In this document: positions 46,671 to 59,700 of the stretch, piece after piece | Layout of the letters: every line of letters starts with the position of its first letter | Position numbering within the stretch: the first letter of the stretch is position 1 | Source of the DNA: Octopus bimaculoides | Lineage: Eukaryota | NCBI RefSeq assembly: GCF_001194135.2 | Contig: NC_068982.1 | Coordinates: 71,569,505 to 71,633,504 of the forward strand | Length of the DNA: 64,000 bases | Direction of reading: 5' to 3' | Notes under the pieces: generated by a model | What the model was told of the DNA's origin: nothing | What the model saw: the letters and a program-made list of their open reading frames with translations, nothing else | Databases searched by the model: none | Position numbers and translations under genes: made by a program

Positions 46671-49600
46671 TTGACCTAAGCATCTTTCTCTTGCAGGACC
46701 CAATGGAAGTTGTTTCTTCTTGACAATTTTTGACTGAAATTTCTTTTCTGTCTAAGATACAGTGGGGCTGTTTTTCATAAAAGATATTTTGAAGACTAGT
46801 TTAAATGCATTATCAAAAGTAGTTTCAGGGTTTCTGATTTAAGTACAAGTCCAGCAACTTTGAAGGAATAAGTATTTAGCTGAGACCATCAACTCCGGTA
46901 CTTGTATTTCATTTTATTGACTCAAAAAAAAAAAAATGAAAGGCAAAATTGTCCTTGGTAGGATTTGAACTCCAAATGTAAAAATCCCAAACAAATATCA
47001 CAAAGCATTTTATCCAATGATTTAATGATTCTGCCAGTTTTGCTGCCTTCAAAAGTACAGCATAATGGCTTTTAGCATATGAACACAAAATTAATTTTCC
47101 ACCCCTAAAGAGCTATAAAAAGTTTTATATTGTAGACATGCAATCACTGTCTCCAGCATGGCAGCCATGACGATAAATATAATGATAATGACGTTGATAA
47201 TTTCCCTAATTAAATATAGGAAGATCTCAGATTTATTAACAATGCTAGGCAGAGAATTCTCGAGAGATGTACTTCCCCCCCTCAAGTGGGTTTGTTAGTC
47301 AAAGTGGTTCCAGCTGGGTGCTGAAACATTTGTGGGCTCCATTTGCTGATAACTTACCACGATAATAATGTTTGATGTTTTATATCCCTAATCAAATTTC
47401 TGAAAATCCTGCTGATTTTAAAATCCTTTGTGGACTAAATCTCAAATCTCCATTGAATATCAACAGCAGTATGCTTTCATTTATCCAAGTTATGCTTCGT
47501 TAAATATAATGAATTGAGGCATTATATAATAGATATCCAAATTTGATTTAACTAAGGTTAGGCTTCGTTAACTAAAACGAAGAGAGCCATCTGTATTACA
47601 ATGAAAGTGCTGTCAAAATTTGATCAACTTAAGGCCCGTGCAAAGTCTGAGTTTAATTTCTTCTACTCAGAATAAAGAAATTGGGTGAAAATAGCCCTGA
47701 ATAAATTGGGTTATTTCCATTGTTGTTATTGGTGATGTATTTGACAAAATTACTAGGGTATTTGATTGGGTGGAAATGCCTTGCAGTATTTGTTGAAACT
47801 CTTTTTACATTCGGGCATCAATCTTTTCCAAGGTCAACTTTGCATTCCATCCTTTCAGGGGTCAGTAAGATAAAGTACCAGTGCCAGTTGGGCACTGGGG
47901 TCAATGGAATTGACTAAATCCTTGATAAACAAAATTTCAGGCCTCATGTCTCTGTGCTGGAAACAATTGTTATTAGGATAATGACTAGCATAATTGGTAG
48001 TTCTGGATATTTTTTTTTTTAATTTTTAGTCAAATGAATCAACCCTAGTACTTACTTTTTTGGCTAAGGCTTGTACTTACTCTATTGTACTCTTTTGCCT
48101 AACAAAGTTACAGGGACGTAAACACACCCGCTCCGGTTGTCAAGTTGCGGTGGGGTACAAACTCACACCAAGACAGATGCACAACACACACGCATATATA
48201 TACATACATACACTGGGCTTCTTTTACTTTCCGTTTACCAAATCCACTCTCAAGGCTTTATATTATGAGCTTAAATTACCCCTTGAGGTCAGTTTAAATA
48301 AGGGACTAGTCAAGTACTCCTGCCTTCTTCTCCACCTTAAGAATATGACCTTGTACCTAAGTGGTATGTATGTACACACACACACACACACACATTGTAT
48401 TTTCAGTTTCATTTTGTTTACTATAGTACTTCTAGCCAGTGTGTTTGTTTTTTTTTTGTGAGATTTGTGCAATATTTATTATTGCTTGTTTTCTATAAGG
48501 TGGTGAGCTGGCAGAATCGTTAGCATGTCAGACAAAATGATACTAAGCATTTTTTCCAATTCTTTATGTTCTGTGTTCAAATTTTGCCACGGTCGATTGC
48601 CTTCCATCCTTTCGGAATCAATAAAATAAGTAATAGTTGAACACTGGGGTTGATGCAATCAACTTATATACTCACTTAAAATTGCTGGTGTTGTGCTAAA
48701 ATTCAAAGCTATCATTGTTTGTTTTCATTTTGTGTAATTAGGGGGTCGTTTAGTTAAGTGTTTGTTACATTAAATTCAATGTTGAATTTTTCTACTAGTA
48801 TTTGGAGATGGTTTGTATAGGGCTGGTTTTATGGGATGACTAATTTGGCACTCATGGATTTGGGGGTGGCAACAAACAAAAAAAATGTCTATCCTTTCCT
48901 GCATTCAAATTCGAAACTGCCTGCCGCTGACAAAGAATGTGTGTTATGTCTTCAGGCCAAACAGTAAATTAATATTACATTGTCGTTGTCATTGTCGTTT
49001 TTAACACCCACTTTTCCATGCCTGCATGAGTCAGACTGAATCTGTTTGGGCAGATTTACTACAACCGGATGCTCCACTTGTTGTTAACCCTCACTTATTT
49101 CCAAAGCAAGGCGATATTCCCTCCTCTGTGGCCAGATACGGGTTTCTTAGAAAACATGAAGTACACAAACGCATATACGATAGGCTTCCCGGCTTCTTTC
49201 AGTTGTCATCTACCAAATCTACTCACAAAGTCGTTCAGGTCTACAGTAGAAGATATTTGCCCAAAATGTCGTGCAGTGGGACTGAAACTGAAACCACATG
49301 GTTGGGAAGCAAGCTTCTTAACCACACTGCTGCACCTGTGCCTAATATGTATTTGTATAATTAGGATTCTCTCTCTCTCTCTCCCCACGATCGTTATTAA
49401 ATCAAAAGTGTCTTACTTAGAGCAGTATAGCTCATGTAGCTAATAGACACTAAAAACGTCAGACACTTGTGGCATTTGTGCCGGCTTTCTGCATTCTGCG
49501 TTCAAATCCTACCATGTCCTTCATGGTTAGTCATCTTAAATCTGAAGCCCAGTTTAACATTATCGCAACCACCACCGTCTGGCATCTTGTGTGTATGCTG

Positions 49601-49929
49601 GTGCAAGCATTCGGAAGGTCAAGGATACTTGCCTTCCCTCCTAAAAGATTTTTTTTTAAATCTATTTTTGGACTGCATAAAAGTTCTTATATAAAACCCC
49701 TAGATTGGTGTGATCAAATAAACCTATTATCAAAAGTACTTCCATCCATGACTATCCTAGTCGAAGCCCATCTAGAATTATGTTATCTTATGTGTCCTAT
49801 TTTAAGGTTGTGATCTGTAGATTTGACTGTTATTTCTTGCAATTCGAGCTACCACATAGAGATTCCCTTATTGGCTCGCTTGTGTTGTGTAAAGTTGTAG
49901 AATACTGTGCTGCTCGTTTTGCTTGTGTT

Positions 49930-51666
49930 CCTTATTTATTGTTGGGTGAATTGTTACAGCGTCGGACTAAATACTTTGCGCTATTTACTCCGGCTGTTCT
50001 GAGTTCAAATACCACCGAAATTAACTTCGTCTTTCATCTTTTCGACGTCGATAAAGTCCCCAGACAAGTACTGAAGCATTATTATTATTACAATCTCTCA
50101 GCAAATCCTGTTGAATCGGAGAGTAAAACTGTAAAGGGCATTTGCCCCCAGTGTTTAGGGAGATCTTGGATGGTTGGGTTCCTCGGTTGGACCGTGAAAG
50201 TTCTACTCGGAAAGGAAAGTGAAAGTGGAGAGGCAATGGTGGATGCTCTCTCCTCCAGTTAATTTTCTAAACAATGGGTTACATACAGTAGCAAACATGT
50301 CCCGCATTAACGGAACCTGTATGTTCCTCTCATAGGGTGGAGACGGAGGACATGTTGTGGGGTCAGGGTGATCTTAGATCCAATAAGGAACTTCATAAAA
50401 TCTACATGGAAGCCATCCTCTCTGGCGGTGACCTCTATTTGGTCTGTTTATGTCACGTGCTTTATATGCATTTTTTTTCTATAATCTGATTTCTGTATAG
50501 ACATGTACACTTTTTATCTTTACTTCTTTTTCGTCTGTCGCCCTTGTGGAAAATAAATCAAATAGTCTATGTTTATATTATTATTATTTGGCAGAATCGT
50601 TAGAGCGTCGGACAAAAATGCTTATCAGCGTTCCTTTCGGCTCTTTAACGTCCGGAGTTCAAATAACGCCGATGTCTACTTTGCTTTCTCTTTTATCGGG
50701 ATCGATAAAATACGTTCTAGTTTAGCACTGGGGTCGCTGTTATTGACTTCCCCTCCTCCTCGAAACTGCTGATCTTGCGCCTGTAGATTGGAGAACAACA
50801 GTTAGGCAAAGACTCGTACCTTTGGTGGTCAAGGTAACCCTGGATCTGTGGGGTTCTTTGATTGGCTCTAATTGGAGGTTTTCCTGTATTCGCGGGACTG
50901 CATCGTCCATGTGTTTACATATTTTGTATACTACGTATACTCTCACCGTCTTTTCTCTTCTCCACCCCCTTCAATTTTTATGTAGACCCCCCCCCCACCT
51001 TCCACTCCACATAACTTGCTGTCTGTTCTTGTCATGTCCCTCGAAACTACTACTACTGCTTATCAGCATTTCATCCGACTTTACGTTCTGAGTTCAAATG
51101 CCGCCGAGGTCGACTTAGCCCTTCACCCTTTCGGGGTTGGTGAAATAAGTACCGGTTGAGCACTGGGAGGCGGGGGTCAATGTAATCGACAAGTCCCCTC
51201 CCCAAAAATTTCAGGCCTTGTGCCTTTTGTTGAAAGGATTCTTTTTGTGTATTTCCTTTATTTTTCTTTTTGTTATTTATTTTATCATTTCATTATATGA
51301 CAACCCCCACATTTTGTCCGCCTTTCTATTTCCCACCCTCTTCCTTCGCCCTGGTGACAAATGAAATCAAGTATTATTATTATTGTTGTTATTATTATTA
51401 TATAATTGTTGTACTGGCGGCGAGTTTAAAGACTGAATGCCTCGCAGTGTGTTTAGCTTTTATCCACCCACGTTTAAATTCCACCGAATTCAGATTTGTC
51501 TTTCATCTTCCCCAAGTTGTTGTGACTGACTGACTGTACGCCCGTCAAGTACTGAGGTGGATTTCAACGATAAACTTTCTGGCCTTGTGCCTATGATAGA
51601 AACACTGGTGGTTATAGTTTGCCAATTACGAAACACACACACATACGCTCTCGTGCGCGCGCGCCG

Positions 51667-51720
<54 letters not shown>

Positions 51721-52745
51721 GGTTACTTTTACCATTTTCTAGGGGTTTTTTCCTTCTCCTCCCTCTCTGTAATCTTTTTTAAATTTGGCTTCTAAACACA
51801 GTTAAGACAATAAATAATAATACTGAAATTTTGGGGAGGGGGATAGTTGTCTCCATTGACCCCCAGTGCTGAACTGACACTTATTTCATCGACCCTGAAG
51901 ACAGGAATGGCAAAGTCGACCTCGGTGCAATTTGAGTTCAGAACGAAAAGACGGACGAAATACCGCTAAGCATTTTGTCCGGCGTTCAAACGATTCTGCC
52001 AGTTCGCCACTATAATAATAATAGTTTTAGCACAAGGCCGGTAGTTTTTTTTTCAGGGGGAGGGGTAAGTCGATTACCTCGACCCCAGTTCTGAACTGGT
52101 ACTTGTTTTATCAACTCCGACCCTGAAGACATGAATGGCAAAGTCGACCTCGGCGGCATTTGAACTCAGAATGTAAAAGAACTAGAAAAAAAAATCCAAC
52201 ATGGCATATTTTGTTCGACGCCCCAACAATTCTGTCAGCTCGTCACTTTCATTTCAAATTTGTCACAAGAACAGCAATTACATGGGGAGGAATGGACTGT
52301 CGATTAGATCGACCCAGTACTTGACTGGTACTTTGATTTTCTCGACCACGAATGGATGAAAGACTTAGTTGGCTTTGGTCGTATTTTGAACTCGGAACGT
52401 AAAGAACCGGGAGAAATAATATCCACAATGCATTTCTTCTGTTGCGGCGCTCTAACGATTCTGCCCAAGCTCGTCGCTGTAATAATCTAAAAAACAATAA
52501 TAATAATAATAAATAATAATAATGGGCTTCAAATTTTTCCACAAGGATAGCAATTTTGGGGGAGGGGTGAGTCCATTACATTGACCCCAGTGTTCATCTG
52601 GTGCTTATTTCATTGACCCTGAAAGAATGAAAGGCGAATTCGACCTCGGCGGAATTTGAACTCGGAACGTAGCGAAGGGCGAAATGCCGATAAGCATTTC
52701 GTCCAGCGCGTAAGAATTCTGCCAGCTCGACAATAATAATAATAA
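49930..52745. repeat. Dense SINE family C cluster: + copies (49930-51620) converging on - copies (51820-52745) around a (GT)n
   Basis: + cores gagttcaaat...gaggtcgac near 50000, 50655, 51090 and 51475; - cores gtcgacctcgg...tttgaactc near 51915, 52143, 52385 and 52640. Confidence 0.85.
50095..50562 (+). mobile_element. Diverged Tx1-like LINE 3' end between family C copies
   Basis: Frameshifted RKVKVER...FSKQWVT..VANMSRINGT aligns with RKLRMER...FVERWVNVGRMASVERS of 26792-27317; similar terminus cccttgtggaaaataaa. Confidence 0.5.
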
Positions 52746-54040
52746 TTAACAGTGGTGCGAGTATTTAATAAAATAGTAAATAAGACCTCTCTCTTTCTCT
52801 CCCTCCCCAAAATGGGTGGAAATGGTAGAGAAAAAGTTTCGCTTGTTTCTTTCATGTTTTTCTTCTCTCCACAGAACGTTTTGAAAATGTGGCTTGGTTT
52901 TAATGCAAGCAGTGTCTTCTGATTCCCTTCCTCCTCTTTTATTTCATCTTTTTTACCATTTTGTTTATTTCTTATCTTGCAAAGAATCAGTGGCACTTTT
53001 CTCTTTGTAGGCTACTCCGGTTTCTCATCATTTCCTCTCTCTCTCAAGAGACCCATTGCCTCCCTCATTTGTCCTCTCTCTCTCTCTCTCTCTCTCTCTT
53101 CCTTTCTCATCTATCTCTCATGTTTTCTTTTTTTTTTTTTTCCTTTCCCTTTTGAGTAGAATGGGTTTGATTACAAGCCCTTACCGTCTTATTTGATAAT
53201 CCTCACCAATAAGTAAGAAAGAAATGAATATATATAAAAAAATGTCCTTTGTGTAAGCAGAAAACACTTCTTTGCTTTTTTCTTTTTATGATAAATTACA
53301 TCTAAAACAGTGAAAAAGGAATAACAACCATGGTTATTTAAGGAATGTGGCTTTGATCTTGTAAATTTACTACTTCATCTTTTTTTCTTTACTTCGTTCT
53401 GTATTAGTATTTTTTTATTTGGTTAACTTGTTTTTTTTTTCTTTTGTTTGACTTAATTTATTCACTTGTTCTTTCTTCCGTCGTTTCTTTATTCGTCATA
53501 CTATCTAATGTGAAACATTAACTCTATATATAATGAAACTGTGTGTATGTGTAGGTGTAGGTGTAGTATCGAAATGTGTGTTTATATATGTGTGTATGTA
53601 TAACTAACAATATTTTAAAATGGAATGAAACTGTTTTAAATGATAGTCTTAAATGTGACCTTTATTATTAAACAGCTTCGGCTTTCTGCTATTATACTTT
53701 CTAAGTGCGGCTTCTACTTCTATTTCAGTAAGTAAACTATAAAATGACTGGCTACAACGCTGTAATTGCGTTTTATATTTGTGTGGGGGCGGGGGAGATG
53801 GGAAGGAAAGGAGCAGGCAATCACCGCCACTTCCGCCGTCACCACCAAATTTATCGTTAAAATATTTTGCCATACTGCACGTTACGTAGCCCTTGGTTTT
53901 CACCAAACCTGCATTTTTTGTTCCATCTCCATTAATTGCATAAGGATTTTTGTTGTTGCGGTGAGATGGCCTCGAATTGCCATGTGTAATGTGTAAATAA
54001 GTGATGCTGTGTGTAATAAATAAATATATATATATATATA

Positions 54041-54463
54041 GGCGCAGGAGTGGCTGTGTGGTAAGTAGCTTGCTTACCAACCACATGGTTCTGGGTTCAG
54101 TGCCACTGCGTGGCATCTTGAGCGAGTGTCTTCTACTATAGCCTCGGGCCGACCAAAACCTTGTGAGTGGATTTGGTAGANNNNNNNNNNCGAGTGTCTT
54201 CTACTATAGCCTCGGGCCGACCAAAACCTTGTGAGTGGATTTGGTAGACGGAAACTGAAAGAAGCCCGTCGTATATGTGTATATATTTGTGTGTCTGTGT
54301 TTGTCCCCCTAGCATTGCTTGACAACCGATGCTGGTGTTTCTGTCCCCGTCACTTAGCGGTTCGGCAAAAGACACCGATAGAATAAGTACTTGGGGTCGA
54401 TTTGCTCGACTAAAGGCGGTGCTCCAGCATGACCGCAGTCAAATGACTGAAACAAGTAAAAGA
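54041..54463 (+). mobile_element. Young full-length SINE family A (10-N gap with 58 bp artefactual duplication)
   Basis: ggcgcaggagtggctgtgtggtaag...ggttcagtgcc head; CAGTCAAATGACTG at 54436-54449; aaacaagtaaaaga tail. Confidence 0.9.
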
Positions 54464-55099
54464 TACACACACACACATATATATATATATGAGTGTATGT
54501 ATGTAAGGGTGTATACAAATTTGTGGGGCCCCTGTTTGTTGTATATAATTGTAAGTTTTTCTGGTACCCCCTTTTTTTCGGTTGCAAACAACTTACAACG
54601 TTAGGGAGCAAAAATCGTTATAACTTTCGGTAAGTTGATAAATGGTGTTAGAGGTGGTGACGGTAACAGGTTTGGTTAGTATCCACGTGCAAAGAAAACC
54701 CCTTAAAGAAAAGTACTTTTTGTGTGTGTGTGTGGGGGGTCATATAATTAAGAGGTGTTGGAAGGAGAGAGTAAGAGAAATTTTAAGAATTTGGATTATT
54801 TATGCCTTTGTGAAGCTCTCGTGTTTTTATTCGAATAACTCATTTATTTAGTGAGGTTACTATGGTAGGAACTTAATTATGTTTGTTCCAGTTGTTGTTT
54901 TCTTTTGTCTTTTAGTCGGGAGGGAAGCAGTGTCCTGAAACCGAGTGGATTTCTCTAAAGGCACTCAAGGTGCCAGATTGTAACGTTAAACCATGCGACG
55001 GGTAAAATAAGTCGTGGTGGGATTTGAACCAAGAATGCTGAAAAAAAATATGTCCACAGAAAAAAAAGGAAGTCAGAAATACCGTAAGGTATTTTTACA

Positions 55100-58000
55100 G
55101 TTACATTAAACGACTACCATGGACAAATACTTGTTTTATTGACCCCGAAAGGACTAAAAAGCATAGTTGACGTTGGCGGGATTTGAACTCGGAACACTGG
55201 ATATCAGAACATATTGCAAACTGTTCCATCGGACACTTTAACGACTTCGCCAATTAGTCGCCTGATCTCTTTGTAGAATAAAGCTTCTAAGATGTTGTAA
55301 GTCTTAGTCCTAATAAGATAAACCATTGGTTAACTGAGCTAAACTAGCAATGTGCGGAGGTTTTAAATTGTTGAAGTCAAAACCGTTTAGTTAACAAATT
55401 TTTATACACAAAGCAGCATTTGCAAGGTTGTTTTGGCGTCCAATCTGAAGTTCTTGGTTTGTTAGTAGAAAGTTTGCATATTCATTTCTTACATGAACAA
55501 ATAAATAGTTGGTTGGCTCAATGACCAACAATAGTTCTAGAAATCGAGGGGGGAAAACCCCTAAGTTTTCCTGTTATCAGCTTCCCGTTTTAATCTGGTG
55601 TTCAGTCAGCAATAGGCCTCTTCTGGTGAGCTGGCAAAATTTTTAGAGCGGTATTTGTTCTGGCTCTTTATATCCGGAGTTCAAATCCCACCGAAGTCAT
55701 CTTTGACTAGAATAAAGTATCTATTAAGCACTGGTCAGTGGAATCGACTGACCTCTTTCCCTTCGGAATTGGCCTCATGCCCAATTAGAAGAAAAATTTA
55801 CTGTTCGTACTTAAAAGCTCAAAATAACTTCCATATATTTTCAGTGTAAAATTCGGTTTTATCCAAGACACAAAATCTCTATTCACACTTGGTGTAAATT
55901 CGATCGTTTTATGTGGGAAGTCGAATGCTATCCATTCTTAAGGGTAAGCACCAATACAAATATTTGCCAAGTTTCAGGCAGTATTTTAACAGCTAATTCC
56001 GAGAGGTGATCTATGCAACATTTGTTACAAGCTTTCAACAACTGGTCAATCACTGCAGTTGTGACAGTGAGAATGACAATGGAATATCTGTAATCCAGTG
56101 CAGAACGATTTAAAAACCCGCCGATTTTTCGGTTTTCGGTTCAAAGTACATTCGACACGCACATAATTGCTTTTCTTTCAAATATGTTATAATGAAGAAC
56201 AATTCAGTCCGCATTTAATTGTGCTCCCCTCCCCCCGTAATACTGGAGGCATTTTCAACTTGAAAAGATCTTTCAAACGTTACGTTTAGGAACTTTAAGA
56301 AATTAAAAAGACAGCAATATCCTATCATATTCCACAACTTTATTTCGCTTTTACAGCCGTTTCGATGAGTATCACGAAGGTTTAGTAATCACCTAATTAT
56401 TATTAGCAGCAAATTATATGATACGATTATCTTTATTATATAACATGATTAATAATTAATAACCATTGTTATAGGCATAATAATAATAATAACAATCCTT
56501 TCTACTATAGGCCCAAGGCCTGAAATTTGTGGGAAGGGGAGTAATTAATTACATCGACCCCAGTGCTCAACTGGTACTTATTTTATCGAGCCTGAAAGGA
56601 TGAAAGGCATAGTCGGCCTCGGCAGAATTTGAACTCAGAAGACGGACGAAATGGCGTTAATCATTTCGCTCTGTTTGTTAACGATTCTGCCAGAATAAGT
56701 GGTTGTGGTTACATAAGTCATTTCTTCAGGACGTTTTGAATTATATGAATATTATTATTGTTAAAGGCGTGTGTGTGTGTGTAATAAATATATATATATA
56801 TATATATATACATATATATATAGGCAAGTTTATTGGTCTGGCAGGCGCTGTGTTAGAAAATACTTGCCCAATGTGCCGCGCAGGGGAATCGAACTCAGGA
56901 CCATGTTGTCTCGAAATGGATTGCTTAAACCAATAACCACGGCTACTATAAGCATTCCAATGTCTCTATTTACTTAACTGTAAACGAGGGACCTTTCTGG
57001 AACTGTTGCAAGTAGATAACATTTAGGTACGAGCTGTATTGTTCCCACTTAACACCAGAGTATCAAATATCGATAAGCACATTGGTTCTTTGTACCTTTA
57101 GTAGTTCATGGTGGAATTATTTTTCTTGATTGATAACTTATTAGAAGACTTGGTAGAGTTGTTCACAAAATGTCTTGTGGTATTCGTGTCATTTTACATT
57201 CTGAGTTCAGATAATCTCTCTCTCTCTCATTTGTGAACTTGTGCCTGTGTTAAAATTTCCTTATTTCTTACTTTCTGAGCAAGTTTAGATGTTCAGTTCT
57301 TGTGAAAGTGTGTGGCTCAGTCGTTAGGATTGGTTTAAGATATTGGACTCAGGATAATAAGTGAGGTTCAATGCTTGAGCAAGACACTTTATTTTACGTT
57401 GTTCCAGTCTGGTCAGCTGGAAATTAGTACCAGCTCAATGTCGGTCCATGCCTCTTTCTCTCTCCATCCGTCTCTGCACATTCCACTAGGTCAAGGGTGG
57501 GAAGGCCGAATGGGTCGCGACCACATAGGTACCTAAAAAAGTTAACGAAAGCATGGTACATTTATTTACATGGAAGACCACTGTATTTATTTCAAAAATT
57601 TAACAAAGATACAACAAACGGAAAATTTTACAAAAATCTAGCAAACAGAGAATTCGTAGCTAATTCCTCATCAGTCAACGTCCAAAAGATCATTGCAGTT
57701 TCGCGCCTTTAACGCTGATATTGTTCACTTTCGGTGACGCCAGTGTCAAAAAGCCACTGGGAATAGCTAACAAACGTACAGGAAAATGACGAAAACAGAC
57801 AGTAAACACCATTCTTTAGCTACTGGTTTTGTTGAGTATATAAACAGATTGGCTGTTTATTTCTCTGATGTGGTGCGAAAATCGATCAAAGCTGTTCGTC
57901 GTATTTTTCTGTTTTCAGAAAATTGTCAAATTTGGCATGGATGTATGTCAACTACATAGGTTATGCATAAATATTTAACGGAATCTTGTACCTATTGTTT

Positions 58001-58597
58001 GATGAGGCTTATCAAATCTTGTAGCATATCTTTTCATCACTGGTTTTTTTTTTTGGGGGGGGGGGGTTGCATAGTGCTCCCGTTTCTCCTTTGTTTTTTT
58101 TATCTCCTTTAGAATTTGGTCTAGGGATTTTCTTTTAACATTTTTTCCTTTCCTTATCTCACCGTATATTTTCCTCCTGCATCAGTTTTAATTACGGTTT
58201 TCAGCTATTTTTGTTTTTTCACTTTATTTTCCCCTCTATTATTGTTGTTATGGCGGCGAACTGACAAAATCGTTAGAGCGTAACAAATACTTTGCAGTCT
58301 TTGTCCCAACTTTTTTACAATTTGAATTCAAATCTCGCCGAGGTCACCTTTGTCTTTCATCCTTTCGAGGTCGATACAATAAAGTACTTGTCTAGTAATC
58401 GACTTGCCTTCAGCTCGAAATTGTGAGCCTTGTGCCAAAAATTATTTTTATTATTATATAGTTCCACCGATATCAACATTGCCTTTCATCCTTTCGGTGT
58501 CGATAAAGTACCAGTGAAATACTGGGGTCGATATAATCGACTATCCCTCTCCTCACAAATTCCAGACCTTGTGCCTAGAGAAAGGATGATGATGATG

Positions 58598-58620
<23 letters not shown>
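55100..58620. repeat. Further SINE family C copies (- 55100-55260, + 55620-55800, - 56480-56700, + 58250-58620), plus A (about 56820-56950) and E (about 57310-57490) fragments
   Basis: Same core motifs as the other family C, A and E copies. Confidence 0.75.
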
Positions 58621-58637
<17 letters not shown>

Positions 58638-58779
58638 TGTATTTTGTATTCTTCACTGATTTATGTGTGTTTGTTTGTGTGTAGGCTTGTGTAATAAAAA
58701 CATTAACAGTCACTTCAAGGGGGAACTGCTCGTATGTCTCTATTTTGGCTATTCCTATCAAGTTCTTCTCCTTCTCTCT

Positions 58780-59700
58780 CTTTTTCTCTCCCACTGCTGC
58801 TGCTACTACTACTACTACTACTCGCCCCTCTTCCCCCGTCTATCTCACTCTCACACACAACCATCTGTCTGCTGATTAATAGTAGCTGAGTAAGAGGTAA
58901 TTATTAGTATCCGATATCAAAGCTAGTTTCTCTTCTTTGACTTGTTTTTGAGATCTGATCAAACAGCAACAGAAGAGTTGTTGGCATTTCAGTTTTGGGA
59001 AGGGGAGAGAGAGAGAAGATCCTCTTTCGTCTTTCTTTCTCTCTCTTTCTCTTTCCCACCGCGTTCCTCGTTCCACCGTCCCGGCTCTCTTCCTCTACCG
59101 TCTCTCTCTTTCTTTCTCTCTCTCTCCCACCCTACCATATCCCCGACTCCGTCCCGCTCCGTATTACCCTAACTCCACTCCTTACCACTGCTATAAGCAT
59201 GACTTTCAACTATTATCACTAGCTAGCAAATGTCCTCTTTCTTTCAGATTGCCGCACCCCGCCGCTTTCCCCTCTCCACACACACACACACACACGCGCG
59301 CGCGAGTTCTCTCCCATTTTTCTCAGTTGTGAAATTTGATGGTAGATCAAAGGCTAGTCTGCTCACTTCTGGTTTTAGGTTGTTTGATGAAGAGTCTGGC
59401 CAGGAAGATACAGCTCAACTACTTTGAAAACGGGGAACTAGCATCATCTCTCCCTCTCTCTCTGTGTTTGGCTTTTAATTGGCATTGCGTTTACTCCCCC
59501 CCCCCCAGTCTTCTCTTTTTCTCTTTCTCTCTCTAACCCACCCTCTGATTGTTTTTCTTCACACTTTCCTCCTCCATCCCCCTTCTCTCTCTCTCTCCCT
59601 CACCAAATATGAGTCCCGTGTTAGCGCATTTGCTAATTTACTTTGTTCTCTGCTTCTATTACGAATGAAAGAAATTGGGAGCTAGTGGGCTTTCTTCGGT
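58780..59700. promoter_or_regulatory. Candidate intronic enhancer or internal promoter with clustered TCF/LEF motifs
   Basis: ATCAAAG 58916-58922, AGATCAAAGG 59344-59353, CTTTGAA 59422-59428, CTTTGTT 59641-59647; GCCG motifs at 59251 and 59261; CpG-rich, (CT)n-rich, no SINE. Function is inferred. Confidence 0.5.

Larger units (their letters stand above)
2363..54190. other. Assembly gaps (N runs): 2363-2598, 4553-4855, 10446-10870, 16434-16775, 23601-23806, 24566-24575, 28214-28760, 38137-38612, 40883-41449, 54181-54190
   Basis: Seen directly; nothing can be called inside them. Confidence 0.99.

Noticed and set aside
46681-46735. Strong acceptor catctttctcttgcag shortly after the last exon
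   Set aside because: In the required phase it reads KTQWKLFLLDNF-stop with no Axin similarity; no evidence of use.
54123-54248. Exact 58 bp tandem duplication around a 10-N gap
   Set aside because: Same artefact; other family A copies have a single unit.
59336-59536. ORF containing MKSLARKIQLNYFENGE
   Set aside because: No recognisable homology, no good donor, and it runs into CT repeats.
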